From Octopus bimaculoides (Eukaryota): a DNA stretch of 64,000 nt. Every line of letters begins with the position of its first letter. Position 1 is the stretch's first letter. The notes beneath the pieces are model-generated. The model did no database searches. It was not told the origin of the DNA and saw only the letters and a list, made by a program, of their open reading frames with translations. The translations under genes and the position numbers were made by a program. The DNA is taken from NCBI RefSeq assembly GCF_001194135.2, contig NC_068986.1:67251507-67315506 (forward strand). Direction: 5' to 3'. Below are positions 39,491-53,202 of the stretch, in pieces.

Positions 39491-40587
39491 CAAGTATATA
39501 TAAAAAAACGATAAAAGATATCATGTACACGTGTGTATGTGCATGTGTGTGCGTGAGTGTGTGTGTGGGGGTTATGAATGAGTATACGCGTATATATNNN
39601 NNNNNNNNNNNNNNNNNNNNNNNNNNNNNNNNNNNNNNNNNNNNNNNNNNNNNNNNNNNNNNNNNNNNNNNNNNNNNNNNNNNNNNNNNNNNNNNNNNNN
39701 NNNNNNNNNNNNNNNNNNNNNNNNNNNNNNNNNNNNNNNNNNNNNNNNNNNNNNNNNNNNNNNNNNNNNNNNNNNNNNNNNNNNNNAGAGAGAGAGAGAG
39801 AGAGAGAGCAATGAGAAAATGGAGGAGAATATGCGGTACCCATCGACTTGCAGACAATGTATTCCGTTGATTAATCTGTTTATTTTATAACTAAATTGAC
39901 AAAAAACACAATATACAGACACTTATAACATACCATGTCATATTGATATATATACGTACATGATCATCACGAATGTATTTTTCGGTGTTTATGTTCGAGC
40001 TAAACAAATATAACAGCTCGCTGCTGAAACAGCGGTAGGAATATAGATCTTGATGAATGTTTTATTAGACTGAAGTACTCAGCTAAGCTTTCCGTGAGTG
40101 TATACCTGCAGTGCAATTGCCTTTATCAACGTATATCTGAACATGTATGTATGGTTGCATGTATATATGTATTTATGCTTTCTTCTGATTTCGATTATTT
40201 AAATTCTTCCTCTGAAATAGGAGTTCGGTTCTAACAAAGATATAGAGTGCTATCGTCGGAATGTAGATAACAAAAGCGATGGCACATTTTAAGCTTGAGA
40301 AAAGTCTTGCGTATATTTACTGCTCCACAAACAGATTGTATTTGTAATATGCGATTTGATTTCCTTTTCTGAAATACTCCAGCTTACTCAGATCATCACC
40401 GAGGCATTTTACTTGCTGACACACAGGAAGAAACTTTTATGTTAATCGCGAATATTGTTATCAAACGACTGGGTTAATGTTATTTGAGTTAATCGCTTCG
40501 AAACACTATATTTAAATTGAACAGAAAATGTGTGGCTACGTTTTATTTTTTCTCAATATTTTCAAGTAACGCATATTAGTTAATCTG

Positions 40588-40640
<53 letters not shown>

Positions 40641-40722
40641 GTAGTAGTTTTTATTCTACTATTTTACTACAAGTACTGTTACCACCACCACCACCACCAC
40701 CACCAAAACCACCACCACCACC

Positions 40723-40756
<34 letters not shown>

Positions 40757-40757
40757 T
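40588..40757. repeat. (CTA)n/(TAG)n/(CCA)n compound trinucleotide array
   Basis: Direct. Confidence 0.9.
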
Positions 40758-40949
40758 ATTGCCTAAATAAACATGACTGGCGGTAGAAAGATCAAAATAC
40801 AAGCGCGCTGGCTACGCGGTTGCGAGTGATGTATGAATAGAGTCGCGGCTATCTGTTTAGGTGTTAGTGGTCGTGGGCTGACTGTATATCTTCGCACTAA
40901 AGCCGATAGTAAGTTGATCAGTATAGCTCACGGTATTTAGTAATGTCTG

Positions 40950-40950
40950 C

Positions 40951-41015
<65 letters not shown>
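40950..41015. repeat. (ATCT)n microsatellite
   Basis: Direct. Confidence 0.95.
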
Positions 41016-41017
<2 letters not shown>

Positions 41018-41217
41018 GCCACATTTGAGTTCCGTAAATAGTTTGCTTTAAGATTCAAGACCGCAAAAACGTTTTCAAACCACCATCATAATTGTATATG
41101 CTTCCGCCTTGAGAGATACAATTCGGAGGCTGACCGTTTGGAGGCACACATTTAGCGAATAACTCAGAATGCAGTCTTTACTGCAATAGTTCCAGAGCAT
41201 TATGCGTACATGGATAA

Positions 41218-41437
41218 AAGCAGCGAGCTGGTAGCTGAACTATTAGTACGTCGGACAAAATTCATAGAAGCATTATATCTATCTTTATATTGGGAGTTCA
41301 AATTCTATAGAGGCCAACTTTGTCATTCATCATTTCGATGGTAATAAAATAAGTACCAGTCAAATACTAGGGTCGATGTAATCGACTACCCTCTTCTGCA
41401 AACTATCAAGCCTTTTGCCTATGGAGGAAATAATTAC
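41218..41437 (+). mobile_element. SINE family B, full length, followed by (TACA)n
   Basis: gcagcgagctggtag...gagttcaaattc...aaaataagtaccagtcaaatactagggtcgatgtaatcgactacc. Confidence 0.8.
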
Positions 41438-41469
41438 ATACATACATACATACATACATACTTACATAC

Positions 41470-41692
41470 ATGATGATGACGATGGCCGTGTACTCGTGAC
41501 CGAGGAAGACCCTTGCTGACATTTAGGAACATTGTGCATTCTAGGACTAACTTATATATTAGATTTGCGGCTTCGTTGGTGTTTAATGAGCCCTGCTCTT
41601 GAAAAGCATACACAACTGCAAACTTTGCAAACCAAGTTTTTCCTATTCACTGAACTAGTAGTGCTCTTTCGAGCAGCACGCTTAAATTCTTA
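41470..41692 (-). mobile_element. RTE-type LINE 3' end (copy 1) with (CAT)n tail
   Basis: Homologous to 41701-41922; encodes VCKVCSCVCFSRAGLIKHQRSRKS-like C2H2 end. Confidence 0.8.
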
Positions 41693-41700
41693 ATACATAC

Positions 41701-42101
41701 ATGATGATGATGATGGCCGTCCACTCGTGACCGAGGAAGGCCATTGCCGACCTTCAGGAACATTTTGCGCTCTAGGACTAACTTATATTTTGCATTTGCG
41801 GCTCCGTTGGTGGCTAATGAGCCCTGCTCTTGACAAGCATACACGACTGCAAACATTGCAGATTAAGCTTTCCCCATTCACTATACAAGCCGTGCTCTTT
41901 CGCGCAGCTCGCTTAAGTTCTTCATGCTGGATACGTGCTCTCTCAAAAGTGTCGATCCCCTCCTTAACCTGCTTCCTCCATCCGTGGCGATGACAGGCAT
42001 TGTTCTCCCAGTCAGTGTCCTGCATATCACATGCCTTTAAGGAGGACTTGATACAGTCCTTAAAGCGCAGCCTTGGTTTCTGACGGAGTCTCCTTCCATT
42101 C
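41701..42101 (-). mobile_element. RTE-type LINE 3' end (copy 2) with (CAT)n tail
   Basis: GRRLRQKPRLRFKDCIKSSLKACDMQDTDWENNACHRHGWRKQVKEG...ICNVCSRVCLSRAGLISHQRSRKC, the typical C-terminus of RTE-clade ORFs. Confidence 0.85.
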
Positions 42102-42799
42102 ACATACATACATACATACATACATACATACATACAACGTTGAGTCTTGGACTCAGGGTAGTAAGTTCATGGATATGATTCCTGGATAGGCATTTCATTT
42201 CAAGTTACTCCCGTCTGCTCAGTCGAATATAAGTACCAGCCAACCATAAGTGAAAGCTTTCTCCCTCCAGCTATCCTATACTAGATGTTCCCGCCTTTCA
42301 ATGTTTCTAGGCTGAACATTTTAATGTATCAGGTTTATGTGCTTGTAGTAATTCCTACTTGTTCGATACATATTATTGCATCAGTATGTTCCTCTGTTTG
42401 AGTATTACACATTATTACATCCACTAGATGCTGAATCTTTGAAACAGCAGTAAAGTATATAAAATGACTAAGTTCTTTTCTTTGCTAAATACGTTCAGGT
42501 TTATGTAACATATTTTATAAATGATACAGTGTCATATATAAGTGCTTGTCCATTATTTGTCTCTTACGTGCTCGAATCATACATTATTTATAGCTAAATC
42601 TTGTTCCGCGTGATTATTCTTACTCTGATTAGGATATTGGATTTTAAGAATTTGGAATAATCCGAGCATTAATCCGGTGGTCATTTATTATACACTTATC
42701 CTAGCATCTTCTCCTCGCCCATTGTGTACATGTAAGTATTCACATATATACACAAATACGCATAAATGCATATACTTATACATACATACACACACGCAC

Positions 42800-42834
<35 letters not shown>

Positions 42835-43524
42835 AACAACCACTACTATTCGTTGCCCTTGTTCATACAAAATGAAATAATGCATGTGTATATATATTTA
42901 TGTACAAGCGGTGTTTTGTGGAATTTCTAAGTTTGTGTAAGTCTGTGTTTAAGGTAGAGCATTGTAACATATGAACACAGACATGTTAGATGCTTTGTAT
43001 TCAAATGTACGTGTGCATGCTTACAAATTTGTATCTATTATAACAACTGTCTACTACTATAACGGCTGTCTGGTCGATCGAGTTTTCGTCTTTATAAATC
43101 TCTATTGATATTTTCATGAAACATGTTTAAAAAATCCATGTAACACGCGCACGCACACATATAAGCATTTATTAATATATATTAGTGTATATATCATGCA
43201 CATACCCACATATACATTTATGTACATAGATATATGCATAAATACATCCCCGCGAACGCAATTTATTGAAACATGTATCGACCCTGTTTTTATGTAACTC
43301 TGTGTGTGTACAAGTTATCGATATGCATATAACTTATTAAATGGTAAGTTATAAAATTGGATACTCTAGATATATAAGTTTACTATGATTTTTAATTTTT
43401 ATATACATGTATTAATATTTTTATATACATGTATTAATATTAAAGAATGCAGAAATAAAATATACCATATCTACACTGACGTACATTATTAACTACAATT
43501 CTACACTTTCGTATCAAAACTCGA

Positions 43525-44030
43525 TCTCAAAGTTGACTCCTTTAATGGGACTGAATTGAACTATCCTGGACCTATACGATGTACTGTAAGCGGAGCATGT
43601 GTATGCGATGGTGTCACAACTATTTATGGTATCAACCCTATGCACATATCATTCTTGGTATTTCTTCTGATGTCCCGTCTACCTCGAGCATACAGTCTCC
43701 CAGCTCTATATACTTCTACACCAGTGCTTTCAAGTAATGCAGTCAGCAGCAGCGTTTTCCAGGATTTCGGGTCAGATCTTGCACTTCTTCAAAGCGCTCT
43801 TCATCTGATTCTAATATGCCATCTTTGGTCATCCAGCAAATCTATGGCAACTTTATTCCTGGTTGATTATCAATGTTCAGCCGACTTGATAGTATTCATA
43901 TCATGTGCTCGACCCAGCCACCGTAGCTGACGATTAGCGTTAATGGCTTCAATACACTTGTAGTTGATCTTTGCAAGTATATCTGGGCTAGGTTCAACTT
44001 CTCACCAGGTAAACCCTGTTATATTAGCGT
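43525..44030 (-). mobile_element. Older RTE-type LINE 3' fragment
   Basis: Minus-strand remnants NRQLRWLGRAH..., DPKSWKTL..., ARGRRD.RRN across frames. Confidence 0.65.
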
Positions 44031-44047
44031 AGATCTTCGTTCAGAAA

Positions 44048-44190
44048 TACTGGTTTCAAATTTTGGCACGAGGCCAGCAATTTCGGGCGAAAAGATGAAT
44101 CGCAAAATCGTTCTCGGCGGCATTTGAACTCAGAACGTAAGGACGGACAAAATGCCCAACGTGCTAACGATTCTGCCAGCTCGCCGCCTT
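44048..44190 (-). mobile_element. SINE family B, internally deleted
   Basis: gaactcagaacgtaaggacggac...gtgctaacgattctgccagctcgccgcctt. Confidence 0.85.
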
Positions 44191-45234
44191 TCTTCATTCA
44201 GAACTTTTGAAATGTGAAATGTAAAGAACTCTCGAATTATATTTGGTCATTGAAATAAAATGTTCGACTTCTAATATCAAGTGGAAGATTATTGAACAAT
44301 CAAGAGCATATGAAAACAATAGTAATAGATTTGATTTCACGCAATGCAGAGGAAAAGAAATGGTTTAAAGATTCATTATAGCGAAAGTTATGTATGCAAG
44401 CGTTAAGTCAAATCTTTCGGAAGACAAAAGTATACAAATAAAGTCACTTTTGTAACTGGGGCAGTGACCTTGAATTTGCAATTCCATAATCTTTCAATAT
44501 CATTAACGTTATATAATCTGAAATTACAATCTTTATTTATATTTGACCAACAGTTTCTCAGTTATTATCTTCTTAAATATTGCATTTATCTTGATTTTAG
44601 AATGTAAACTGTTCATTCTTACGGAAGGAAAAATAATCTGTTTAGTTAATTTATATGTCACCTCGTTTTCACCATCATTTGTGAATTTAGCTAACTCAGT
44701 TTTTTCCCCCAGAAAATTCTTTGAGTCTGAAGTTTGATATTCGGTTCGAAATCATATATTATTACCTTCTGAGCAGCAGATGTTATATAAATACCCTCAT
44801 ATATGTGCTCGCATGCAAGTACACACACTCATCCACACATACACACGTATATAAATTTAATTAACTGAAACAACAATGAACTATCACAAATATCTCAGGG
44901 TGGCTAGAGGCTGGTGTACATGAACAATATAGACAACTGCAGATATATCAAATACCATACAACGTAAAATCACGATTTGTTAAAGTTACCTGCACCTCTA
45001 GCGAATGTGTTATTATTGGCAAATGAGAGTTAAGACCAGCTCCAGATGAGGAGGCGAGATAATCTCATGAATCAACCACTTTCCAAAATTGACAAGTCAT
45101 TGAGTAAGAGAACAGGCTTATTATCTGGAGATAAGAAGAAGGTCATGGCCACGTGTTTCTACCACACCAAGCACATTATGTATGCGTATGTGTATGTGAG
45201 TGTGTGTGTTTTGTTTATATATCTTTGAATTTTT

Positions 45235-45285
45235 ATCTTTTACTTGTTTCAGTCATGAGACTGCGGCCATGCTGGGGCAGGAGTA
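45235..45285 (-). mobile_element. SINE family A 3' fragment
   Basis: tacttgtttcagtcatgagactgcggccatgctggggca. Confidence 0.7.
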
Positions 45286-45556
45286 TATGTGTGTAGATGT
45301 GTGTTTGTGTTTGTGGGTATTTTGAAGCATATGTCAAACTATATATGGTGGATTTTATAATTGAAAAGTAAAATGATTGATCTAGAATGATGATCCTATT
45401 GACATTTCTGCATGAGATATGTGTATTTCATGCCATATACAAACACACATAGACACGCGTGCCCTATCCCCTATCTCCCCTATTTCCTCTTCTTTGTCTC
45501 TCCCTCTCGCTCTCTCACTTTCTATTTTGGTGGCAGATTTGCATGTATACATGTGT

Positions 45557-45587
<31 letters not shown>

Positions 45588-45999
45588 GGTGTGTGTGTGT
45601 GTGTGTGTTTGTATTTTCGTGTCACTCAGCTGTTGCAAGTTTGAGTTCGATAAAGACAAGTCTATTGCCTGCTGTGCTTCAAGACAATACCAATATTACA
45701 CGATCACACAGACTGTCAGAAACTTACACACATGCACTCACATATTCTTACAAATACACATACACTCCCCCCCCCACACAAGCTCACACACCTAAACTAA
45801 AACACACCAAAATACATACACAAATTCAACCATACCTAAACACACGTTCTCCGCGGCACACATATTCTCTTACGTATTCACTCATTTATTGCACACGCAC
45901 ATATTTTACACTCCGCTCCCTTCACACATATTTATGAATAACCATGTAAAACAGTTTATTGTGCTATTGAGATCCCAACTTTCAATTACCCTTCAATTA

Positions 46000-46221
46000 A
46001 TTTATGGGCTGCTCTCAAATTTTGTCCCAATGGCAACTATTTTACAGGAGGGTTAGTCGATTACATCAACTCAGAGCTCAACTGGTATCTATTTCATCGA
46101 TTCCAAAAGGATTAAAGGCAAAGTCGACCTTGGCAGATTTTAAACTCAGAACGTAAAGACGGACGAAATGCTGCCAAGCATTTTCTCCGGCGAGTTAACG
46201 ATTCTGCTAGCTCGCTGTCTT
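46000..46221 (-). mobile_element. SINE family B, full length
   Basis: agtcgattacatc...actggtatct...aaaggcaaagtcgacct...aactcagaacgtaaagacggacgaaatg...ttaacgattctgctagctcgc. Confidence 0.85.
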
Positions 46222-46571
46222 AATTAATGTATACATTATTACATCGATGATCGTAGTGTCAAGTTAAAATTACCGCATGGTTCTAAAGATCAAGTTATCT
46301 TTCAGCAATCAGTTTTCTCCATAATCATTCTGTGTTCAAATTTGACCAAGATTGATTTTGCGATTCGTCCTTGCCAGTTTGACACAATAAGCACCACAGA
46401 TATAACGTAGAAGCAAGAATCAACTAATACAAATGTCTCTACAAATTTCTGACACTGTTCCAAGGTTAAATATCAGTTCCAAAGTAAAATATCAATATGC
46501 TAGATTAAGCTGACTTATAACAGATATATTCTAGATTTAACCATTCCAACATTTTGTATATCCAGGATTAT

Positions 46572-46790
46572 AGCTTTATCAGTTACTTACTTCAGTCATT
46601 GGATAGTGACCATGATGGGGAACCGCTTTGTGATGTTTTAGTCGTTCAAATCGACCCCACTATTTATTACTTTCAAACCAGATATTTTTGTAAGGTTCTC
46701 TTGATGGAACCGCTAAGTTACCGGCACGTAAACAAACCAACACCTGGTGTAAAGTGGAAGGAGAGCGCAAACACAGTCACAAAGACGCCT
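46572..46790 (-). mobile_element. SINE family A 3' half
   Basis: acttcagtcattgg...ttagtcgttcaaatcgacccc...ggaaccgctaagttaccggcacgtaaacaaaccaacac. Confidence 0.75.
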
Positions 46791-46984
46791 ACGCACATAC
46801 AAACATGCACACACATACACACACGCACATGCATAGTAGCCCAACGATGGGTTAGTTGACCGAAATGTGGAAGTCATTGTCAGCAACATTGTTGTATAGG
46901 AAAAATTTATCTGTACTCTACAAAACTATATATATATATATATATATAAATTCAAATTACGACGAACGTAAACAAACAAACGTG

Positions 46985-47100
46985 CGTCCAGTCTTCGTTG
47001 CTTGGATCGGCTCGTGGGTATAGCAGAAAATAATTGGCCAAAGCACAACTCAGTAGGAACCATGTAGTTGGAAACCAAATTTTTTAACACATAGCCACAT
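46985..47100 (-). mobile_element. SINE family A 5' part, diverged
   Basis: tcggctcgtgggtatagcagaaaata...ggaaccatgtagttgg...acacatagccac. Confidence 0.6.
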
Positions 47101-47672
47101 ATAGCCTTCCTTTTTCTGATGTTCAGAATGTGATCAGAGAAATAATTGGGTGTTATTTCTTGCAAGCTGTGTGACATTGCAGAAGCTTTATTAGTCACCA
47201 TATGGGTGTATACAACGAAACCAAATATTTTCTAGCCTACTATCAGATATTTATTACAAACATTTCAAAACAAGATATAAGAAACTAATGTTTGCAAAAC
47301 ATCGTATCAATTTAATGTTTTTTCTAATTTCATTTTTATTTTTCATTCCACCAGTGATTTGTCTTTTTTTAGATCAGAGTATATCATTTTTTTTAATCAG
47401 CTACAGTAAACAACTAGTATTTTATAGTACCAGCAGGATTGAAAGACCGTGTTGACTAAAAACGATGACATATAATTTAATCATGAATACAAGTCGTCCG
47501 CAATTCATTATCAAAGATGGATATCTAGTGATCTATTAGACCAGCTGTAGATGAGAGTGTATAGTGAACTCAGTCACTATAGTCATAAAAGTTACCAGTC
47601 ATAAAAGTCAGATGACAGACATTCTGAACAAGAAAACGAATCGACTTGCGCGGTGAACCGATGCTAACTGGA

Positions 47673-47727
<55 letters not shown>

Positions 47728-48740
47728 GTCTGTCTGTCCGTTTGTTTGTTTGTCTGCGAATATGTCTACCTGCCTGTCTATGATTCTGTCTATTTATCAA
47801 TCCAAGTATCTGCGTGTGTTTGTGAGAGAAAGAGCGTGGGTAGTGAATCATAGATTAAGAACCTCACTTCACCACCATGTGTTATCGAGTTCTAATCTAT
47901 TGCGTATATGTTGCGAAGCCGCCTTTAGACTAATATCGGATCAAACCAAATTTTGGGGGAATGAATTCAAGTAGATGAAAACTGTATACAAACTGGTTGG
48001 ATAATCTGTACGTGTACTTAAAATGTAACTTTTATTAAAAGAAATCAATTATTTAAAATCGACATTGCGTAGAAAATTCTTTAAAATTCCAATTTTACTA
48101 TACTTTTCTAATCAAAATTTGGTTTTCAAAACCTTTTATTATTGAAGATTTCAACTACAGAAAACTATTTTATTTCAGTGCGTGATTTCAATTCACTGCA
48201 AGATANNNNNNNNNNNNNNNNNNNNNNNNNNNNNNNNNNNNNNNNNNNNNNNNNNNNNNNNNNNNNNNNNNNNNNNNNNNNNNNNNNNNNNNNNNNNNNN
48301 NNNNNNNNNNNNNNNNNNNNNNNNNNNNNNNNNNNNNNNNNNNNNNNNNNNNNNNNNNNNNNNNNNNNNNNNNNNNNNNNNNNNNNNNNNNNNNNNNNNN
48401 NNNNNNNNNNNNNNNNNNNNNNNNNNNNNNNNNNNNNNNNNNNNNNNNNNNNNNNNNNNNNNNNNNNNNNNNNNNNNNNNNNNNNNNNNNNNNNNNNNNN
48501 NNNNNNNNNNNNNNNNNNNNNNNNNNNNNNNNNNNNNNNNNNNNNNNNNNNNNNNNNNNNNNNNNNNNNNNNNNNNNNNNNNNNNNNNNNNNNNNNNNNN
48601 NNNNNNNNNNNNNNNNNNNNNNNNNNNNNNNNNNNNNNNNNNNNNNNNNNNNNNNNNNNNNNNNNNNNNNNNNNNNNNNNNNNNNNNNNNNNNNNNNNNN
48701 NNNNNNNNNNNNNNNNNNNNNNNNNNNNNNNNNNNNNNNN

Positions 48741-48777
48741 TAGTGGCAGGAGAAGTAATAGTAGTAGTAGTAGCAAC

Positions 48778-48848
<71 letters not shown>

Positions 48849-48870
48849 GGAGAGAAAGAGGAGGAGGAGT
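48741..48870. repeat. (TAG)n/(GAG)n trinucleotide array next to a gap
   Basis: Direct. Confidence 0.92.
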
Positions 48871-49471
48871 ATCGGAGGAGGGGAGGGGAGAGGGAACATT
48901 AGACTGTTAGTCCAAAGAAAGAAATTTTCTAATATGTCCTTATTCTCTAATGCATAGTCTAAATTAGGGATTAACTAAACATCGCAAGAAATATTCTGTA
49001 AAAATGAGTGAAGAAATAATTGAAGAAGTAATCGAAGAAGTGATTCGTTTTTATCTCATAAATCGATATAAGAAAAATACTAACGTTTTTACTGCTGCTT
49101 TACTCTAATACTGAACTGTCGTCTGCATTTCAATTCTAAATAGAAAGTAACGCTATATATTTCGCCTGCTTTTGTGTAAAGTGTTGTTTTGTTGTGCACA
49201 TGACACATGGTGTATTCAGGACTAATTCATTCAGAACGCTCATCCATTTTTAAGAGGGTAGGTTGCAATTTGAAGGTGCGCGTTATGATGTAGTAGAACT
49301 GGAACCAGAACGAGAAATAGAAGAGACCTAGTGCCTCTTGCTGCTACGATGCTAGGTAATTACTAATAGTTAAATTCATTTATATTTTCATTTCTATTTC
49401 TAAAATTTGTCGGTCTTCTTTAGGTATTTTAATGTTATGGCACATAGACAAACGCATGCACACTTACGTTT

Positions 49472-49592
<121 letters not shown>

Positions 49593-49959
49593 TGTCTACT
49601 TATGAAAAAGAAATTGAGTAGATGAATAAAACTGAACAACGATGAATACCGGTTGGCTGCTGCTCTTTATATTTTATTCCAAAAATTATTGAAACAAATT
49701 TGGAAGCATATTGACATACGTACATAAAAATCAGATGTTATTTCACAGGCCATCAGAATCATACAGTAGATAAAAGTTTGACCAAGCCAGTGAGTTGATC
49801 TGTTGAGAAGGTCGTAAACAATAGGACTACATGCGATGCGATAAAAAGAAATCTGAGACGAACATACTACCACCATATGAGCGAGCAGTACCCGATTACG
49901 AACGAATAGAAATAATTCTTTGTACAGTAGACACAAGGACTGACATTTGGTGGAGGCGA

Positions 49960-50072
49960 GGTTAGCCGATTTCATTGAACCCAATGTTCAACTGGTGATG
50001 TTTTTCATCCCGAAAAGATGAAAATAAAGTCGACCTCTGTAGAGTTGGAACTCAAAACGTAAAGAACCGGAA
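49960..50072 (-). mobile_element. SINE family B fragment
   Basis: ttcaactggtg...catcccgaaaagatgaaaataaagtcgacctc...ggaactcaaaacgtaaag. Confidence 0.7.
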
Positions 50073-50074
50073 CA

Positions 50075-50787
50075 AACAGAAATAATATGTGAAGAATACA
50101 AACTGAAGGAACCCTTGACAGAAAAAATTCAAACCAAACTTCACCATCTCTATTAACAAAGAGTTTGTTAATGAGAGATCAATTACCACACGAATCGATT
50201 ATAACCGACCGATCTGGTGTTATCCGCGATGGACCAAATAGCTAAAGAGCAATTAGTGGAGATTGAAAATACCAGCTTTTGGATAGTGAATGTTCCTCTG
50301 TATTATACTGCGATTATCATTTATCAACAGATGGAAATTACGGAGATCGATCGTTGTGTGAAGACACAGCAAGAATGGATTACCTCTTTCCAGACATATA
50401 TTGACAGATTAAAAAAAAAAATATTGGACAGTTAGACACTACCATTAAGTGCAAAGTAAATAATAAATTCACAAACCACCAGCTGCAAATTTATGATAGA
50501 TTATCTATGTCTGTGAGAACTGTCCACAAGAAACACAAACGGCGATGTTAATTGCTCTTAAACGTGAACTGAGATCGGTAGGGAAGAATTTCGGGAAAGG
50601 AAAAGCTATCAGTCGCAACTTTGCAATGATTCTACAAATGCTGTGTCTTAATATGAATGGCCATACATTCGTGGTCGTGAATGTCCCTCGTCTGGATTAT
50701 CTAGAGTAGTTTTGGCGAGGACCTGATACGTAAACAAACAACATAACTGAGATGTAATGTGGTGAGTATTATGCAAACATCTGCGCC

Positions 50788-50847
<60 letters not shown>

Positions 50848-50914
50848 NNNNNNNNNNNNNNNNNNNNNNNNNNNNNNNNNNNNNNNNNNNNNNNNNNNNN
50901 NNNNNNNNNNNNNN

Positions 50915-50963
<49 letters not shown>

Positions 50964-53200
50964 AACAGACAGGCAGCTGATAGTAGATTATTATAATAGT
51001 AAACTTACATTCAACAGGATAGCCCTCGTTTACTTGTTCAGCAAAACATTGAGATTTATATGTCTGATGGGCTGGTAGTTACGGGTGCAACACTAGTTGC
51101 TAAAGACCTAGAGACATGTGGCCCAAAACTATACGATCATAGCGAGCTTGAATGTGATGTATAACTAATACACGTGTTACTTGAATGAATTTGTCTAGGA
51201 TCACTGTAAAACAAACAATGTAGTGACTGAAGATCAGGCAAGAGGAAAGAAGTAGACTGGGTCTGTGCTGAGCAACTCCTTAACTGTTCTTAAGTAAGCG
51301 AAATAAACTGACGAAATCTGCTGACTGTATGGCTAGAATATAAGACGTTTTGACTCATTCATGAATTATCGAGTCACTTGTGCCTTGCTAAGGTTCCAAA
51401 TGCTACAGTCAATAATGTTATAACGTATGATAAATAATGATATTGTGCTCACATAAAAAAAAAAAACTTTAATTAACGAACGAAGAAACGTTGCAACAAT
51501 TTCCAACCGAAGTGTAAAATGCCGAACTGTAACTTCAATTGTCCACGATTCAAAAATGGTGGAGTGAACAACGTCATATGATAGAATCGTGTCCATTGAT
51601 TGGATGACATTTAATAAACACTGTTTTTTGTCGAGACAATTGGATTTGGTTCAGTCAAGAGGTTCACGACATGATTCACAAGGTTTCCATTAACAACGGA
51701 AGCTACCATTATAGTCCCTCATAGAATTAGGTTATAAACATGAATATTTCGGGGTGACAGCTTACCTGCAACGTTTTTGTCCTAGCAGTGAACATTTTGT
51801 CAGCGCTGTGAAGAAAACTACAAAGGCTACATGGAAGGGACTACATATCAGATGTAAAAAAAGACCAATTTTACTCAAACCATTTTTTGTTGATGACCTC
51901 AAGCTGTACTCGAATAATATTCATGACACCAAAATTCAGTTAGAATTAGTCGCAACATTCTCAAGGGACTTAATGGATTGGCGACCAGGCATGGAACATG
52001 GATTCCACTTGACCTGTCTATCTCCTCTATCACCAGTGGAGAGGGCTAGAAACCCCTTGAATACAACCTGAATATTGCATATATAAGTATTCTGAGTAAA
52101 GGATACCTCAGAAGATATGGAACTCAGATATGACTGCATTCAGTAAAACTATATCCCACAACTGACTCACAGTACCACTGCTAGTTCCAACAGTGAGGAA
52201 ATTAGACTGGAGACTTGAAAAAATCCTCAAATTGCACATCAGAACTACGAAAATACTAACAATGACAGAACTTTCACATCAACAGTGACGCAGTCAGGAT
52301 CAATATCAAACAGAGGGATGGAGAGAGAAGTATAAGATCAATCCAGATGGCTTTTGACAGTCACATTGTGTCACTTAGACAAAATCTACTTATTTGCAAA
52401 GAGAGAAATGCGTGCATCACAAGCATACTCATCACCAAAAGCAATATCATGAAATTGGGTGGAGAACATTTGAACAAGGCCTCCGAGTCTACAGCCTTTC
52501 CGTTTGAACCAAGAGTTGAATTGACCTACATCACTAGAGATTTGGAAAAGAAATACTCATCAGAACAGCGGACAGTTATGCATGGGTACATATCCTGTAA
52601 TCTAGAGAATGCCAGTAACACTAACAGAAATATTAACCTGTTCTGGATTTGTGATAAGAGAATGAGATTTCAGCCAGAAGGCTGTGAGATTGCTATCCAA
52701 GAACAGGAGATAGCAACTAAATATATAATTAAAAAAATGAATAAAGATACCTCTGATCCTCCACGATGTAACAGAAAGTGTAGATTGTACCATGCCAGTG
52801 TGGACAATTCGTATCATTAGAAGCTGTGCAAAAACGTCTGCAAAGTGATACATTACATAAGATATTACATTATTTCTTAGATGGTCTGTAATGCTATACG
52901 CCCCCCCCCCCGAAAGATTGTTCTGAATGTCATACAAAAAGCACAGCAGAACCAGAAAATTTCTGCACAGAAATAAATAACAATCTAATGGAAATTCCAA
53001 TAAAAAAACAGCAACCCACTGTAAGCACAAGTCAGATATAGCCGATTTGGACAGTGAGTGAAATTTGTGGATTGTTGTAGAGATCAGTTGACAAGCGAAT
53101 GTGATACGATTGAACAGAGGAAAATTTGTAAAACATTCAAAAAATTCTCCAGTTGAAATCCTGGGAGAACATATGCACAAAATCACGGGAGCACTATATC
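50075..53200 (+). mobile_element. Second, more decayed R4/Dong-type non-LTR retrotransposon
   Basis: DHCKTNNVVTEDQARGKK (~51200), LCLAKVP (~51380), IFRGDSL (~51745), FFVDDLKLY (~51885), EGCEIAIQEQEIATKY and RCNRKCRLYH (52347-52820 ORF), RLE remnants to ~53200; colinear with 9800-12571. Interrupted by (GA)n/gap at 50790-50958. Confidence 0.82.
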
Positions 53201-53202
53201 TC

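Noticed and set aside
40049-40082. ct-TGATGA...GAAGTACTC-ag resembling a decayed hammerhead
   Set aside because: GAAA incomplete, stem II does not pair, and no Penelope context is visible.
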